A DNA stretch of 63,358 nucleotides, counting the filler. It is 5 parts of 5 records of this genome, joined end to end, with 100 filler letters (N's around TTAATTAATTAA, not from the genome) between each part and the next. Parts side by side here need not be neighbours in the genome. Positions count along the whole stretch, not along the records: positions 16,251 to 25,459 come from DRR723986_2283; positions 25,560 to 39,225 come from DRR723986_2284; 3 more parts are not named here. One strand, given 5' to 3'. Under the pieces are notes generated by a model. The model made no database searches. It was not told the origin of the DNA and saw nothing but the letters and a program-made list of their open reading frames with translations. Both the position numbers and the translations under genes were made by a program. Positions 20,444 to 29,745 of the stretch are shown here, one piece after another (position 1 is the first letter of the stretch; each line of letters opens with the position of its first letter).

Positions 20444-21484
20444 ATGACCATGAACCGCCGCCGCTTTCTTGGCACCGCGGGTGCCACCACGACCCTTCTG
20501 GGGCTCAGCGGTCTGCCGCTGCGCGCGCAGGGGGGCACGCTGAACGTCACCGCCTATGGCGGCGTCTGGGAACAGGCGATCCGCGACTGCTTCGTCGCGC
20601 CCTTCGAGGCGAAGACCGGCGCCACCGCCACCGTTTCGCTGGGCGGTCCGGCACAGTGGCTGGCGCAGGTCGAGGCCAGCCCCGAGCAGCCGCCGCTGGA
20701 CGTGCTCATCATGTCGCCGGATCTTGCGGTGCTGGCTGCCGAGGGCGACCTGATGGACGAGTTCACCGTCGAGAAGCTGCCGAACCTGCAGTACATCCCG
20801 CAGGAATTCACCGACGCCTGCCTCGGCAAGGGCACCTATTTCGACTACGGCGTCGGCGGCATCACCTACAACAAGCAGGTCGTCGCGGAACCGCCCCGCA
20901 GCTTTGCCGATTTCGTCGAGCGCGTGTCCTCGGGCGAGTTCGTCGCCTCCGTGCCGTCGATCTCCTACGGGCCGACCACGGTGTTCTTCCTCTGGGCGCT
21001 GAACAACGCGCTGGGCGGCGACGTGGACAACACCGACCCCTTCTTCGAGGCGATGGCCAAGATGAAGGACAACCTCGTGTTCTGGGCCGGTCCCAACGAC
21101 TTCTTCAACCACCTCGCATCGGGCGAGGCGGACCTTGGCATCTACTTCGACGGCCGGACGTGGAACCACGTGGACGAGGGCGTCGACTGGATCGACTTCA
21201 TCAACCCCGAGGAAGGCGGCGCGATGACCGCCGTGGCGATCCAGAAGCCCAAGAACGCCTCCGACCTCGCGTGGGACTACCTCAACGAGGTGCTGGACGC
21301 GGGCAATCAGGCCAAGTTCGCCGAGATCCTGAACTACGGCGTGACCAACACGCAGGTCGAATACTCCGAGAAACTGGCGTCGCGCGTGACCCCGCTGTCC
21401 GAGGCGAACCTGCCCCCCTACGCGGATATCGCGCGCGTGCGCAACGAGTGGATCGACCGCTGGAACCGCGAGATCGGAATGTGA
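20444..21484 (+). CDS. ABC substrate-binding protein, PotD/PotF-like, Tat signal
   Basis: NRRRFL twin-Arg motif, YGG, PFEAKTG, PEEG, WIDRWNREI. Confidence 0.88.
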   Translation: MTMNRRRFLGTAGATTTLLGLSGLPLRAQGGTLNVTAYGGVWEQAIRDCFVAPFEAKTGATATVSLGGPAQWLAQVEASPEQPPLDVLIMSPDLAVLAAEGDLMDEFTVEKLPNLQYIPQEFTDACLGKGTYFDYGVGGITYNKQVVAEPPRSFADFVERVSSGEFVASVPSISYGPTTVFFLWALNNALGGDVDNTDPFFEAMAKMKDNLVFWAGPNDFFNHLASGEADLGIYFDGRTWNHVDEGVDWIDFINPEEGGAMTAVAIQKPKNASDLAWDYLNEVLDAGNQAKFAEILNYGVTNTQVEYSEKLASRVTPLSEANLPPYADIARVRNEWIDRWNREIGM

Positions 21485-21490
21485 TCTCGC

Positions 21491-21519
21491 TGCCCTCGCC
21501 TGCCCACCGGGCGGGGGCA
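21491..21519 (+). promoter_or_regulatory. Intercistronic stem-loop after the binding-protein gene
   Basis: TGCCCTCGCCTG-CCCAC-CGGGCGGGGGCA: 12-bp stem with two G-U pairs. Confidence 0.45.
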
Positions 21520-21539
21520 CCCTTTTGCCCGGAGGCCTC

Positions 21540-22379
21540 ATGATGCCCACCGTCCCCCTGTCGAACGGCGCCCGGCGCGCCCTGCTGCTGGCGCCCGCGT
21601 TGATCTTCCTCGCGGTGTTCTTCGTGATGCCGCTGCTGGATAATTCCGCGCGCTCGTTCATCGGCGAGGGTGGCTTCACCCTGTCGCGCTACACCGATTT
21701 CCTGACCGACCGCTTCTACCTTGGCGTCATCGCCGAGACGGTGATCCTGTCGGCGGCGGTGACGGCGATCTCGGTGCTGATCGCCTACCCGGTGGCCTAT
21801 GTGCTGGTGCGCAAGGCGGGGCGGTTTTCCGGACTGATGATCTTCTTCCTGATCGCGCCGCTGCTGACCTCGATCATCATGCGGACCTTCGGCTGGCAAG
21901 TGCTGTTCGCGCGGCGCGGGCTGGTCAACCAATGGCTCGTCACCGACCTTGGCCTGCTCGAGACGCCGCTGCGCTGGCTCAACACGCCGGGGCTGGCGAT
22001 CGCCGCCCTCGTGCATGTCCTGGTGCCCTTCGCGGTGCTGTCCATCGCCTCTGTCCTGCAGGGCGTCGACCGGCGGCTGGAGGAGGGCGCGCTGATGCTG
22101 GGTGCCTCCCGCATCCGCACCTTCTTCGAGGTGACGCTGCCGCTGACCGTCGACGGCATCGGAACGGGCGCGATCCTCGTCTTCATGATCGCAAACGGGT
22201 CTTTCGTGACGCTGGTCCTGCTGGGCGGCGGATTCCAGACGCTGCCGCTGCTGATCTACCAGCAGTTCAACACCACCCGGGATTTCGCGCTGGCCTCGAC
22301 CATGAGCACCATCCTTCTGGTGATCGCGCTGGCCTGCCTGTGGCTGCAACTGCGCCTGCTGCGCCGTCAGGGGGTCTAG
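21540..22379 (+). CDS. ABC permease (PotB-like)
   Basis: IAYPVAY, RTFGW, LEEGALMLGA EAA-type loop. Confidence 0.9.
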   Translation: MMPTVPLSNGARRALLLAPALIFLAVFFVMPLLDNSARSFIGEGGFTLSRYTDFLTDRFYLGVIAETVILSAAVTAISVLIAYPVAYVLVRKAGRFSGLMIFFLIAPLLTSIIMRTFGWQVLFARRGLVNQWLVTDLGLLETPLRWLNTPGLAIAALVHVLVPFAVLSIASVLQGVDRRLEEGALMLGASRIRTFFEVTLPLTVDGIGTGAILVFMIANGSFVTLVLLGGGFQTLPLLIYQQFNTTRDFALASTMSTILLVIALACLWLQLRLLRRQGV

Positions 22380-22380
22380 G

Positions 22381-23172
22381 ATGAAACTGTCGGACATCGC
22401 GCTGTGGGTCTTCACCCTTGCCTTCTTCGTCTTCATGATCCTGCCCATCGCCGTCGTGGTGGTGATCTCCTTCACCGAAGCAAGCTATGCAGCCTTTCCG
22501 ATCCCCGGCTGGTCGCTGAAATGGTTCGCGCGGATCTTCGAATACGAACCCTTCATCGACAGCCTGATCACCAGCCTCTGGCTGGGCGTGGTGGCCACGG
22601 TGGCGTCCTGCCTGCTGGGCATCCCGGCGGCGCTTTACCTCAGCCGGGCGCGGTCGGGCTGGGCCACGGCGATCACCACCTTCCTTCTGTCGCCGCTGTC
22701 GATGCCGATGATCGTGATCGGCTTCGCCTCGCTGTTCTTCCTCTCGGCGCTTGGCTTCGGCGTCTCTTTCCTGAGCCTTGCGATCGTGCATACGGTGATC
22801 TGCCTGCCCTACGTCATCCGCACGGTGGCGGCGGTCTATCGCGCGGTCCCGCCCGCCTATGAGGAGGCGGCGATGATCCTTGGCGCCGGGCGCTTCACGA
22901 CCTTCCGCGAAGTGACCCTGCCGCTGATCCGCCCCGGCATCGCCGCCGGCTCCTTGTTCTCGTTCCTGACCTCCTTCGACAACCTGCCGGTCAGCTACTT
23001 CTTCGGCTCGGCGCAGACCAACACGCTGCCGGTCGTGATGCTGGCCTACATGGAGCACCAGTTCGACCCCTCCATCGCCGCGCTTTCGACGCTGCAACTG
23101 CTGCTGGCGGTCGTGGCGCTGGTGGTGGCCGACCGACTTTACGGCATCGAGAAGATGACCGTCGCAACCTGA
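22381..23172 (+). CDS. ABC permease (PotC-like)
   Basis: SLKWF, EEAAMILGA, SFD, TLPV. Confidence 0.9.
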   Translation: MKLSDIALWVFTLAFFVFMILPIAVVVVISFTEASYAAFPIPGWSLKWFARIFEYEPFIDSLITSLWLGVVATVASCLLGIPAALYLSRARSGWATAITTFLLSPLSMPMIVIGFASLFFLSALGFGVSFLSLAIVHTVICLPYVIRTVAAVYRAVPPAYEEAAMILGAGRFTTFREVTLPLIRPGIAAGSLFSFLTSFDNLPVSYFFGSAQTNTLPVVMLAYMEHQFDPSIAALSTLQLLLAVVALVVADRLYGIEKMTVAT

Positions 23173-23185
23173 GGACCTCCCCAAG

Positions 23186-24634
23186 ATGACCCCCCTCGCC
23201 CGCTTCCGCGCCGCGCTCGACCGCGACGACATTCTCGAACACCTGCAGGCAGGCCTGATCGGTCGCGACATGCCGTTCCGGACGCCCTACGGCATGAAGC
23301 CGATGCTCTACGCCGATTACGTCGCCTCGGGGCGGGCGCTGCGGCAGGTCGAGGCCTTCGTGGCCGAAGAAGTGCTGCCCTGGTACGCCAACAGCCACAC
23401 CGAGGCCTCCGCGACCGGCGAGGCCATGACCCGGATGCGCGAAGAGGCCCGCGCCACCATCGCCCGGCTGACCGGGACGGGAACCGACGGGCATGTGATC
23501 TTTGCGGGCTCGGGCGCGACGGCGGGGCTCAACCGCATCGCGCGGCTGATGCGGATCGAGGACCGGGTGCGCGCCGGGGAACGGGTCGTGGTGATCCACG
23601 GGCCCTATGAGCACCACTCCAACATCCTGCCATGGCGCGAAAGCGGGGCCGAGGTGCTGGTCGCCAGACCCGGACCGGGCGGCGTCGATCTGGGGCACCT
23701 GCGGGAGCTGTTGCAGGCCAACGCCAAGGCCGATCTTTTGGTCGGCAGCTTCTCGGCGGCGTCGAATGTGACCGGCATCCTGACGGACCCGGACCCGGTG
23801 ACGCGTCTGCTGAAGGCACATGGCGCGCTGGCGATCTGGGATTACGCCGGGGGCGGGCCGTACCTGCCCATGGACATGTCGCCCGCGCCGGATGCGAAGA
23901 AGGACGCCATCGTCTTCTCCACCCACAAGTTCCCAGGCGGTCCGGGCGCCTCGGGCGTGGCGGTGGTGCGCGACAGCCTCGTGCAGCGCAGCACGCCCAC
24001 CGCACCCGGCGGCGGCACCGTGACCTTCGTCTCGCCGTGGAAGCACAGCTACTCCGCCCGCGTCGAGGCGCGCGAGGAAGGCGGCACGCCGAATGTGGTC
24101 GGGGACATCCGCGCCGCGCTGGTGATGCTGGTCAAGGACGCCGTGGGCGCGCACCGCATCGCCACCATCGACCACGGCCTGCGCGCCCGCGCGCTCGAGG
24201 CGTGGAAGGACGTGCCGCATATCGAACTGCTTGGCCGCACCGGGGCCGAGGCGCTGCCGATCCTGTCCTTCCGGGTGCGCGGGTCAGAGGGCTACGTCCA
24301 CCACCAGCTGTTCACCCGCATGTTGAGCGACATCCACGGCATTCAGGTCCGCGGCGGCTGCGCCTGCGCCGGACCCTACGCGCACGCCCTTCTGGGCATC
24401 GACGAAGACGGCTCGGACGCGCTGTTCTCGCGCCTGTCCGCCGGGCATGAGATGGACAAGCCCGGCTGGGTGCGCCTCAACCTGTCGTGGCTGCATTCCG
24501 ACGGCGAGGTGGCGCGCATCCTGTCGGGCGTCGCCACTTTGGCGCAAGAGGCCGAGGCCCGCGCCGCCGAGTACCGCTGCGATCCGGCCACGGCGCGGTT
24601 CCGGCACATCTCGGACGAAAGGATCAGCGCATGA
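23186..24634 (+). CDS. Aminotransferase class V / cysteine desulfurase-like PLP enzyme
   Basis: YADYVASGR, EHHSN, STHKFPGGPG (PLP lysine), GGTPN, RGGCACAGPY. Confidence 0.88.
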   Translation: MTPLARFRAALDRDDILEHLQAGLIGRDMPFRTPYGMKPMLYADYVASGRALRQVEAFVAEEVLPWYANSHTEASATGEAMTRMREEARATIARLTGTGTDGHVIFAGSGATAGLNRIARLMRIEDRVRAGERVVVIHGPYEHHSNILPWRESGAEVLVARPGPGGVDLGHLRELLQANAKADLLVGSFSAASNVTGILTDPDPVTRLLKAHGALAIWDYAGGGPYLPMDMSPAPDAKKDAIVFSTHKFPGGPGASGVAVVRDSLVQRSTPTAPGGGTVTFVSPWKHSYSARVEAREEGGTPNVVGDIRAALVMLVKDAVGAHRIATIDHGLRARALEAWKDVPHIELLGRTGAEALPILSFRVRGSEGYVHHQLFTRMLSDIHGIQVRGGCACAGPYAHALLGIDEDGSDALFSRLSAGHEMDKPGWVRLNLSWLHSDGEVARILSGVATLAQEAEARAAEYRCDPATARFRHISDERISA

Positions 24635-25459
24635 GCCTTGTCGATCTCGAAGCCCGCCTTGCCGAGGATCTGGAAAACCTCTGCCTGCCCGCGGCGCCCT
24701 GGGTGCCCGCGCGCGAGGGCGTGACCGATGTGCTGATCGTGGGCGCCGGCATGTGCGGCCTTGCGGCGCTGGCGGAACTGCGGATGCTGGGCATCGACAA
24801 CAGCTTTGCCGTGGACGCCGCGCCAGAAGGCCTCGAGGGGCCGTGGAACACCTTTGCCCGGATGCGCACCCTGCGGTCGCCCAAGGTGTTGACCGGCCCG
24901 GCGCTGGGACTGCCCGCGCTGACCTTCCGCGCGTGGTTCACGGCGCAATGGGGGCGCGCGGCTTGGGATGCGCTGGACAAGATCCCCAAGAGCCAGTGGA
25001 TGGACTACCTGCGCTGGTATCGGCGCGCCCTCGCCCTGCCCGTGCGCAATCGGACCCGGCTGACCGACCTGCGCGGCGACGGAGACCTGCTGCGCGTGAC
25101 GCTGGATGGCCCCGAGGGGCAGGCGGTGGTCCGCGCCCGGCGCGTGGTGCTGGCAACGGGCCGCTCCGGCCTTGGCGGCGGCGCGGTGCCCGCGGCGCTG
25201 CGGGGCGTTCCGGCCCATCTTTGGGCGCACAGCGCCGACGATATCGACTTTGCGCGACTCAGGGGGCGGGACGTCGTCGTGGTCGGGGCGGGCGCCTCGG
25301 CGATGGACAACGCCGCCACCGCGCTGGAAGCCGGGGCCGCCCGCGTCGACCTGCTTATCCGGCGGCCCGTCATTCCTGCGGTGAACAAGCTGACGGGCAT
25401 CGGCAGCCCCGGCACCGAACTGGGGCTGGGCAGCCTGCCGGATCGGTGGAAGCTGAAGA
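24631..25459 (+). CDS. FAD/NAD(P)-dependent oxidoreductase (HpyO urate hydroxylase-like); 3' truncated
   Basis: GAGMCG and GAGASA dinucleotide motifs, EGPW...ARMRTLRSPK, LATGR, WAHS. Confidence 0.75.
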
Positions 25460-25559
25460 NNNNNNNNNNNNNNNNNNNNNNNNNNNNNNNNNNNNNNNNN
25501 NNNTTAATTAATTAANNNNNNNNNNNNNNNNNNNNNNNNNNNNNNNNNNNNNNNNNNNN
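25460..25559. other. Artificial contig spacer
   Basis: Same linker; base composition changes across it. Confidence 0.98.
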
Positions 25560-25849
25560 CCCGGGCCCGGGAAGACAAGGCGCCCATGATCGAACTGACC
25601 TACAACTGGGACCCAGAGGAATACACCGGCGGCCGCAACTTCGGCCATCTGGCCTACCGGGTGGACGATATCTACGCCCTGTGCGAGAAACTCCAGGCCA
25701 ACGGCGTCACCATCAATCGCCCACCCCGGGATGGCCATATGGCGTTCATCAAGACGCCGGACGGGATTTCCATTGAGTTACTGCAGAAAGGCGATGCGCT
25801 GCCTGCTCGGGAGCCTTGGGCGAGTATGGAGAATGTGGGGAGTTGGTGA
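25560..25849 (+). CDS. gloA: Lactoylglutathione lyase (glyoxalase I); 5' truncated
   Basis: [21 protein letters not shown]. Confidence 0.85.
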
Positions 25850-25862
25850 TCAACCAACGACC

Positions 25863-27608
25863 TCACTGTGCCTTGAATCCGCCGCGGTTGGACAACCACA
25901 CACTCTGATACGGCTTCAGGGTGATTGACCCAGCCAGATCATCCACCTCCATTCCGGAGATCAAGTCTACCCAGCGATCCGTTCCAATCAGATTGATATC
26001 ACTGAGCGCCACCTGCTGTACCTCGGGACTGATGTTATGGATACAGAACACCGATTGCTCCCGACGCATGCTCTGGCGCCAGAACCCGAACAACTGCAAC
26101 CCCAGGTGCAAGGTGAACTGCGTGGCGTTCGGATGGAAAGCAGGTTGAGCACGGCGTATGGCAATCAAACGCTTCAGCTCCCGGAATGCCTTGCTGTGGT
26201 GGGTCAGTGGATCTGCGAGGGTTTCCTCCAGTTGCGACAACTGCCATTGACTGCGGTTAATGGAGCGCAGGCGACCGGTATGCTCCACCCGCGCCTGATC
26301 GTTCTCCGTGGCCAGCAAGCTGTGAATATAAAAGGCGGGAATGCCCTCGAGAGCCAGCATGATGGTATGCGCACACAGGAATCGCGCGAGCTGCCAGTGG
26401 TCGGCACCGCCTTCTGCGGTCCCTTTGAGGGCATCCCAGAGCGCAATGTTCATCTCATAGGGCTGATCCCGCCCGTCGGCCGTCCGGCGGTAGGACACCT
26501 TCCCCCCAAACGACTCCATGGTGTTGATCAGGCGTTGCTTTTCATCTTCGGTCAGCAGGCCATCTGTGGGCCGCAGACCAACGCCGTCGTGGGAAGCGAT
26601 AAAGTTCAGATAGGTGGTGCCCAGCTGCGCCGGGGGCATACTCATCAGCCAGGTTTTCAGATGTCGGCAATTGCCGGTCACCAGCGTGTTGATTAGCAGG
26701 GGCGGCAACGAAAAGTTATAGATGGCATGGGCTTCGTTGGCATTGCCAAAATAAGTCAGGTTCTCCCGGTTGGGCACGTTGGTTTCGGTAATCACCACCG
26801 CGTCCGGCGTGTGATGTTCAATCAGCAAGCGCAGAATCTTGATCAGCTCGTGGGTTTGCTGCAGGTGAATACACGGCGTGCCCGGCTCTTTCCAGAGAAA
26901 GGCCACGGCATCCATACGGAAAATCATCACACCCCGTTCCAGGTATTGGCGGATGATCCCCGCAAACTCCAACAGTACCTGCGGGTTGGCAAAGTTCAGG
27001 TCTACCTGATCTTCACTGAAGGTGCACCACACATAGCGCTCGCCGTCGTCGGTCTGCACCGGATTGAGCAGGGGCGACGTACGTGGCCTCACTACCTGGC
27101 TGAGGTCGTCTTTCGGGTTGCCTTCAAAGAAATAGTCCTTACCCGGGTCGATGCGCTTCTTATAGTTTTCGAACCACCGGCTGCGGGCCGACATGTGGTT
27201 GATCACAAGATCGGACATCAACTTGTAGTCCCCGGCAATGGCCTCAATCTCCGGCCAGCCACCGTGACTCTCATTCACCGCCAGGTAATCCATCACCGAA
27301 AAGCCATCATCAGAGCTGAAGGGAAAAAACGGCAGTATGTGCACGGCGGAAACGGAGTCCTTAAGGCAGTCATCCAGGAAGCGCTTGAGCGTCACCAGCG
27401 GCTTCTCGTCCGGTTGCTGAAGCGTGTCCGCGTAGGTGATCAGCAACACATCGGTTTCGTCCCAATGGTTCTGGTGGGCCGGTGGGGCGTCGGCATTGGG
27501 CGCCAGCCCCATGGTGGCCAGTAACTGCTCCGCCAGAAAGTCGCAATCTACCGAGGGATAGACGACCTCGAGCATACCTTGCAGCTTGCTCTTCAGTGGC
27601 TGAGTCAT
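25863..27608 (-). CDS. GH13_18 sugar phosphorylase, probably glucosylglycerate phosphorylase
   Basis: VHILPF, SDDGF, DLVINH, RMDAV, TETN, ASHDG, YEMN, RSINR. Confidence 0.85.
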   Translation of the reverse strand: MTQPLKSKLQGMLEVVYPSVDCDFLAEQLLATMGLAPNADAPPAHQNHWDETDVLLITYADTLQQPDEKPLVTLKRFLDDCLKDSVSAVHILPFFPFSSDDGFSVMDYLAVNESHGGWPEIEAIAGDYKLMSDLVINHMSARSRWFENYKKRIDPGKDYFFEGNPKDDLSQVVRPRTSPLLNPVQTDDGERYVWCTFSEDQVDLNFANPQVLLEFAGIIRQYLERGVMIFRMDAVAFLWKEPGTPCIHLQQTHELIKILRLLIEHHTPDAVVITETNVPNRENLTYFGNANEAHAIYNFSLPPLLINTLVTGNCRHLKTWLMSMPPAQLGTTYLNFIASHDGVGLRPTDGLLTEDEKQRLINTMESFGGKVSYRRTADGRDQPYEMNIALWDALKGTAEGGADHWQLARFLCAHTIMLALEGIPAFYIHSLLATENDQARVEHTGRLRSINRSQWQLSQLEETLADPLTHHSKAFRELKRLIAIRRAQPAFHPNATQFTLHLGLQLFGFWRQSMRREQSVFCIHNISPEVQQVALSDINLIGTDRWVDLISGMEVDDLAGSITLKPYQSVWLSNRGGFKAQ

Positions 27609-28828
27609 GGCCGATATTCCTGATTGTCCAGCTCAACAGCCTCCAGCAGTTGCTCACGAATGTCCGGAATGGCGCTGGTCACCCGGTTCCAGCTGGGGAT
27701 AAAGGGGGTGTCCATGGGGTTATCCAGGAAGTAGGCGCCGGCGCGCATCACATTCTGGGCAAACAATTCCACCGCCTTTTCTTCCTTGTGCCGATCAAAG
27801 CCGAGCCCGTTGATCACGGCGTCGTTCTGATAGGTTTCCACAAAATCCAGAGCAATACGGAAATAGGTCGCCTTGATGGTGCGGAACTTCTCATTGGAGA
27901 ACACCTCGCCATTGGTGGCCAGCTTTCGGAACAGGGCCTTGGCGATGTCTACACTCATTTTGGACAGCCCTCGGCTGGCGTCCTCCGGCGAGAGATCCTG
28001 ATGCTTGTGATCGTAGACATCAGCAATATCCACCTGGCACAGGCGATTAGTGGCGTAGTTTCGTTTCATCTCCGAGAGCACACCAATCTCCAGCCCCCAG
28101 TCACTGGGAATGCGCAGGTCATTGATGACATCCGTGCGGAACGAGAATTCTCCGGCCAGGGGATAACGGTAGCTGTCGAGGTAGTCGAGAAAATCGTTCG
28201 GGCCGCAGACTTTTTTCAGGGCACGGATCAGCGGGGTGACCAGCAGACGACTGACCCGGCCATTCATCTTGCTGTCGGCAACACGGGCGTAATAGCCCTT
28301 ACAGAACATGTAGTTGAATCCAGGGTTGGCCACCGGATAGATCAGCCGTGCCAGCAGGTCCCGGGAATAGGTCAGAATATCGCAATCGTGCAACGCCACC
28401 GATTTGCTCACCCCTGAGGCCAGCACATAACCAAAGCAGTACCAGACATTCCGCCCCTTGCCCATTTCAGTGGGCGCGAGGCCCTGCTCGCGAAGTTTGA
28501 GGTCGATGGCCCGCAAACGCGGCCCATCGTTCCACAGCACCTTGAACGGCTGAGGCAGCTCGGAGAAGTACTCCAATGCGTGCCGGTATTGCGCTTCGTT
28601 GGCACGATCGAGCCCGATCACGATCTCTTCCAGGTAAGGCACCTTTGCCAGCTCCTGGACAATGTGTTTCAGGGCGGGGCCTTCCAGCTCTGAATACAGA
28701 GACGGCAACACCAGTGACATGGGCCGCGCTTTACGGAACTGAAGCAGATCGGCCTCAATGTCCTCTACCGGTCGTCGCACAAGATTGTGCAGGGTCGTTA
28801 CTATGCCATTCTGGTAAAAGTCGCCCAT
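27605..28828 (-). CDS. gpgS: Glucosyl-3-phosphoglycerate synthase-like glycosyltransferase
   Basis: GKGRNVW, HDCD, GRVSRL, YPLAGE, YDHKHQ; lies between a phosphatase and a phosphorylase. Confidence 0.78.
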   Translation of the reverse strand: MGDFYQNGIVTTLHNLVRRPVEDIEADLLQFRKARPMSLVLPSLYSELEGPALKHIVQELAKVPYLEEIVIGLDRANEAQYRHALEYFSELPQPFKVLWNDGPRLRAIDLKLREQGLAPTEMGKGRNVWYCFGYVLASGVSKSVALHDCDILTYSRDLLARLIYPVANPGFNYMFCKGYYARVADSKMNGRVSRLLVTPLIRALKKVCGPNDFLDYLDSYRYPLAGEFSFRTDVINDLRIPSDWGLEIGVLSEMKRNYATNRLCQVDIADVYDHKHQDLSPEDASRGLSKMSVDIAKALFRKLATNGEVFSNEKFRTIKATYFRIALDFVETYQNDAVINGLGFDRHKEEKAVELFAQNVMRAGAYFLDNPMDTPFIPSWNRVTSAIPDIREQLLEAVELDNQEYRP

Positions 28829-28864
28829 GGCGCCTCTCCTTTACTTTTGGCCACACCAGGCGGC

Positions 28865-29674
28865 CTAGTAGCCGTACTCAAAAAGAAGATTGAGCACGCA
28901 TTCGTTCCAACCCTCTGGGCCGGGTTTCAGGGAGCGCATGGGGTGCTTCTGCGATGGCAACTGGACCTGATCACTGTTCACCCCGCGAATCACCACCGGG
29001 ATATCCGCGGCCTCCAGCATGCGCTGGTCGTTCGGGCTGTCGCCCAATGCGATGGTGACTAGCGGCTCGCCCCGATAGTGCTCCCGGTATTGCTCCAGCA
29101 AAAAGCGGGCCCCCTCGGCTTTGTCGAACCGCCCCATGGCATGCCAGAAGCGCCCCCCCTGCACCAGACGGAGCCCCTCACGCCCCAGTGCCGCACTGAA
29201 TTGGTCCAGCTCCGGGTCACTGCCTTGCCAGATCAGCGGCTCCGTACCCAGGCGCTGCCGGGCCCGGGAGGCCTCCACCTCATCCAGGCCCGCAACCTCC
29301 GCCAATTCCGCATCCGCCATATCCGAAAAGCCCCGAAATTGTGCACCCGCCCTCCTCTGCACCATAAGCGTGCGAAGGACCTGCTGGTGATCTGCTCCAA
29401 AATTCATCACCTGTTCTTCGGTGCGGTCCAGACAGCCCGCCGGGATAACCGCCGCCGCGCCGTTCTCGACGATAAAGGGGGCCCGTATGCCCATCGCGTT
29501 TTGCAGATGGCGCATCTCGGCGGCGGTTTTACTGGAGTTAAAAATCAAGGGGATACCGTTAGCGGCCAACTTTGCCATGGCCGGCGATGCGGCCCGCCAG
29601 CTGTAGCTGTGATGGTCCAGCAAGGTGCCGTCCAGGTCGGTGAAAACTATCAGGTGTGGTTGCATTTGGTTCAC
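28865..29674 (-). CDS. HAD-IIB glucosyl/mannosyl-3-phosphoglycerate phosphatase
   Basis: FTDLDGTLLD, SSKT, ENG, GGRF, LGDSPND. Confidence 0.88.
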   Translation of the reverse strand: MNQMQPHLIVFTDLDGTLLDHHSYSWRAASPAMAKLAANGIPLIFNSSKTAAEMRHLQNAMGIRAPFIVENGAAAVIPAGCLDRTEEQVMNFGADHQQVLRTLMVQRRAGAQFRGFSDMADAELAEVAGLDEVEASRARQRLGTEPLIWQGSDPELDQFSAALGREGLRLVQGGRFWHAMGRFDKAEGARFLLEQYREHYRGEPLVTIALGDSPNDQRMLEAADIPVVIRGVNSDQVQLPSQKHPMRSLKPGPEGWNECVLNLLFEYGY

Positions 29675-29745
29675 CTGCTCTGCAATCTGTTGTTAGGCTT
29701 CAACCCTATACATACGCAGTATTCATACCAAAGCCAGGTCGTTTT

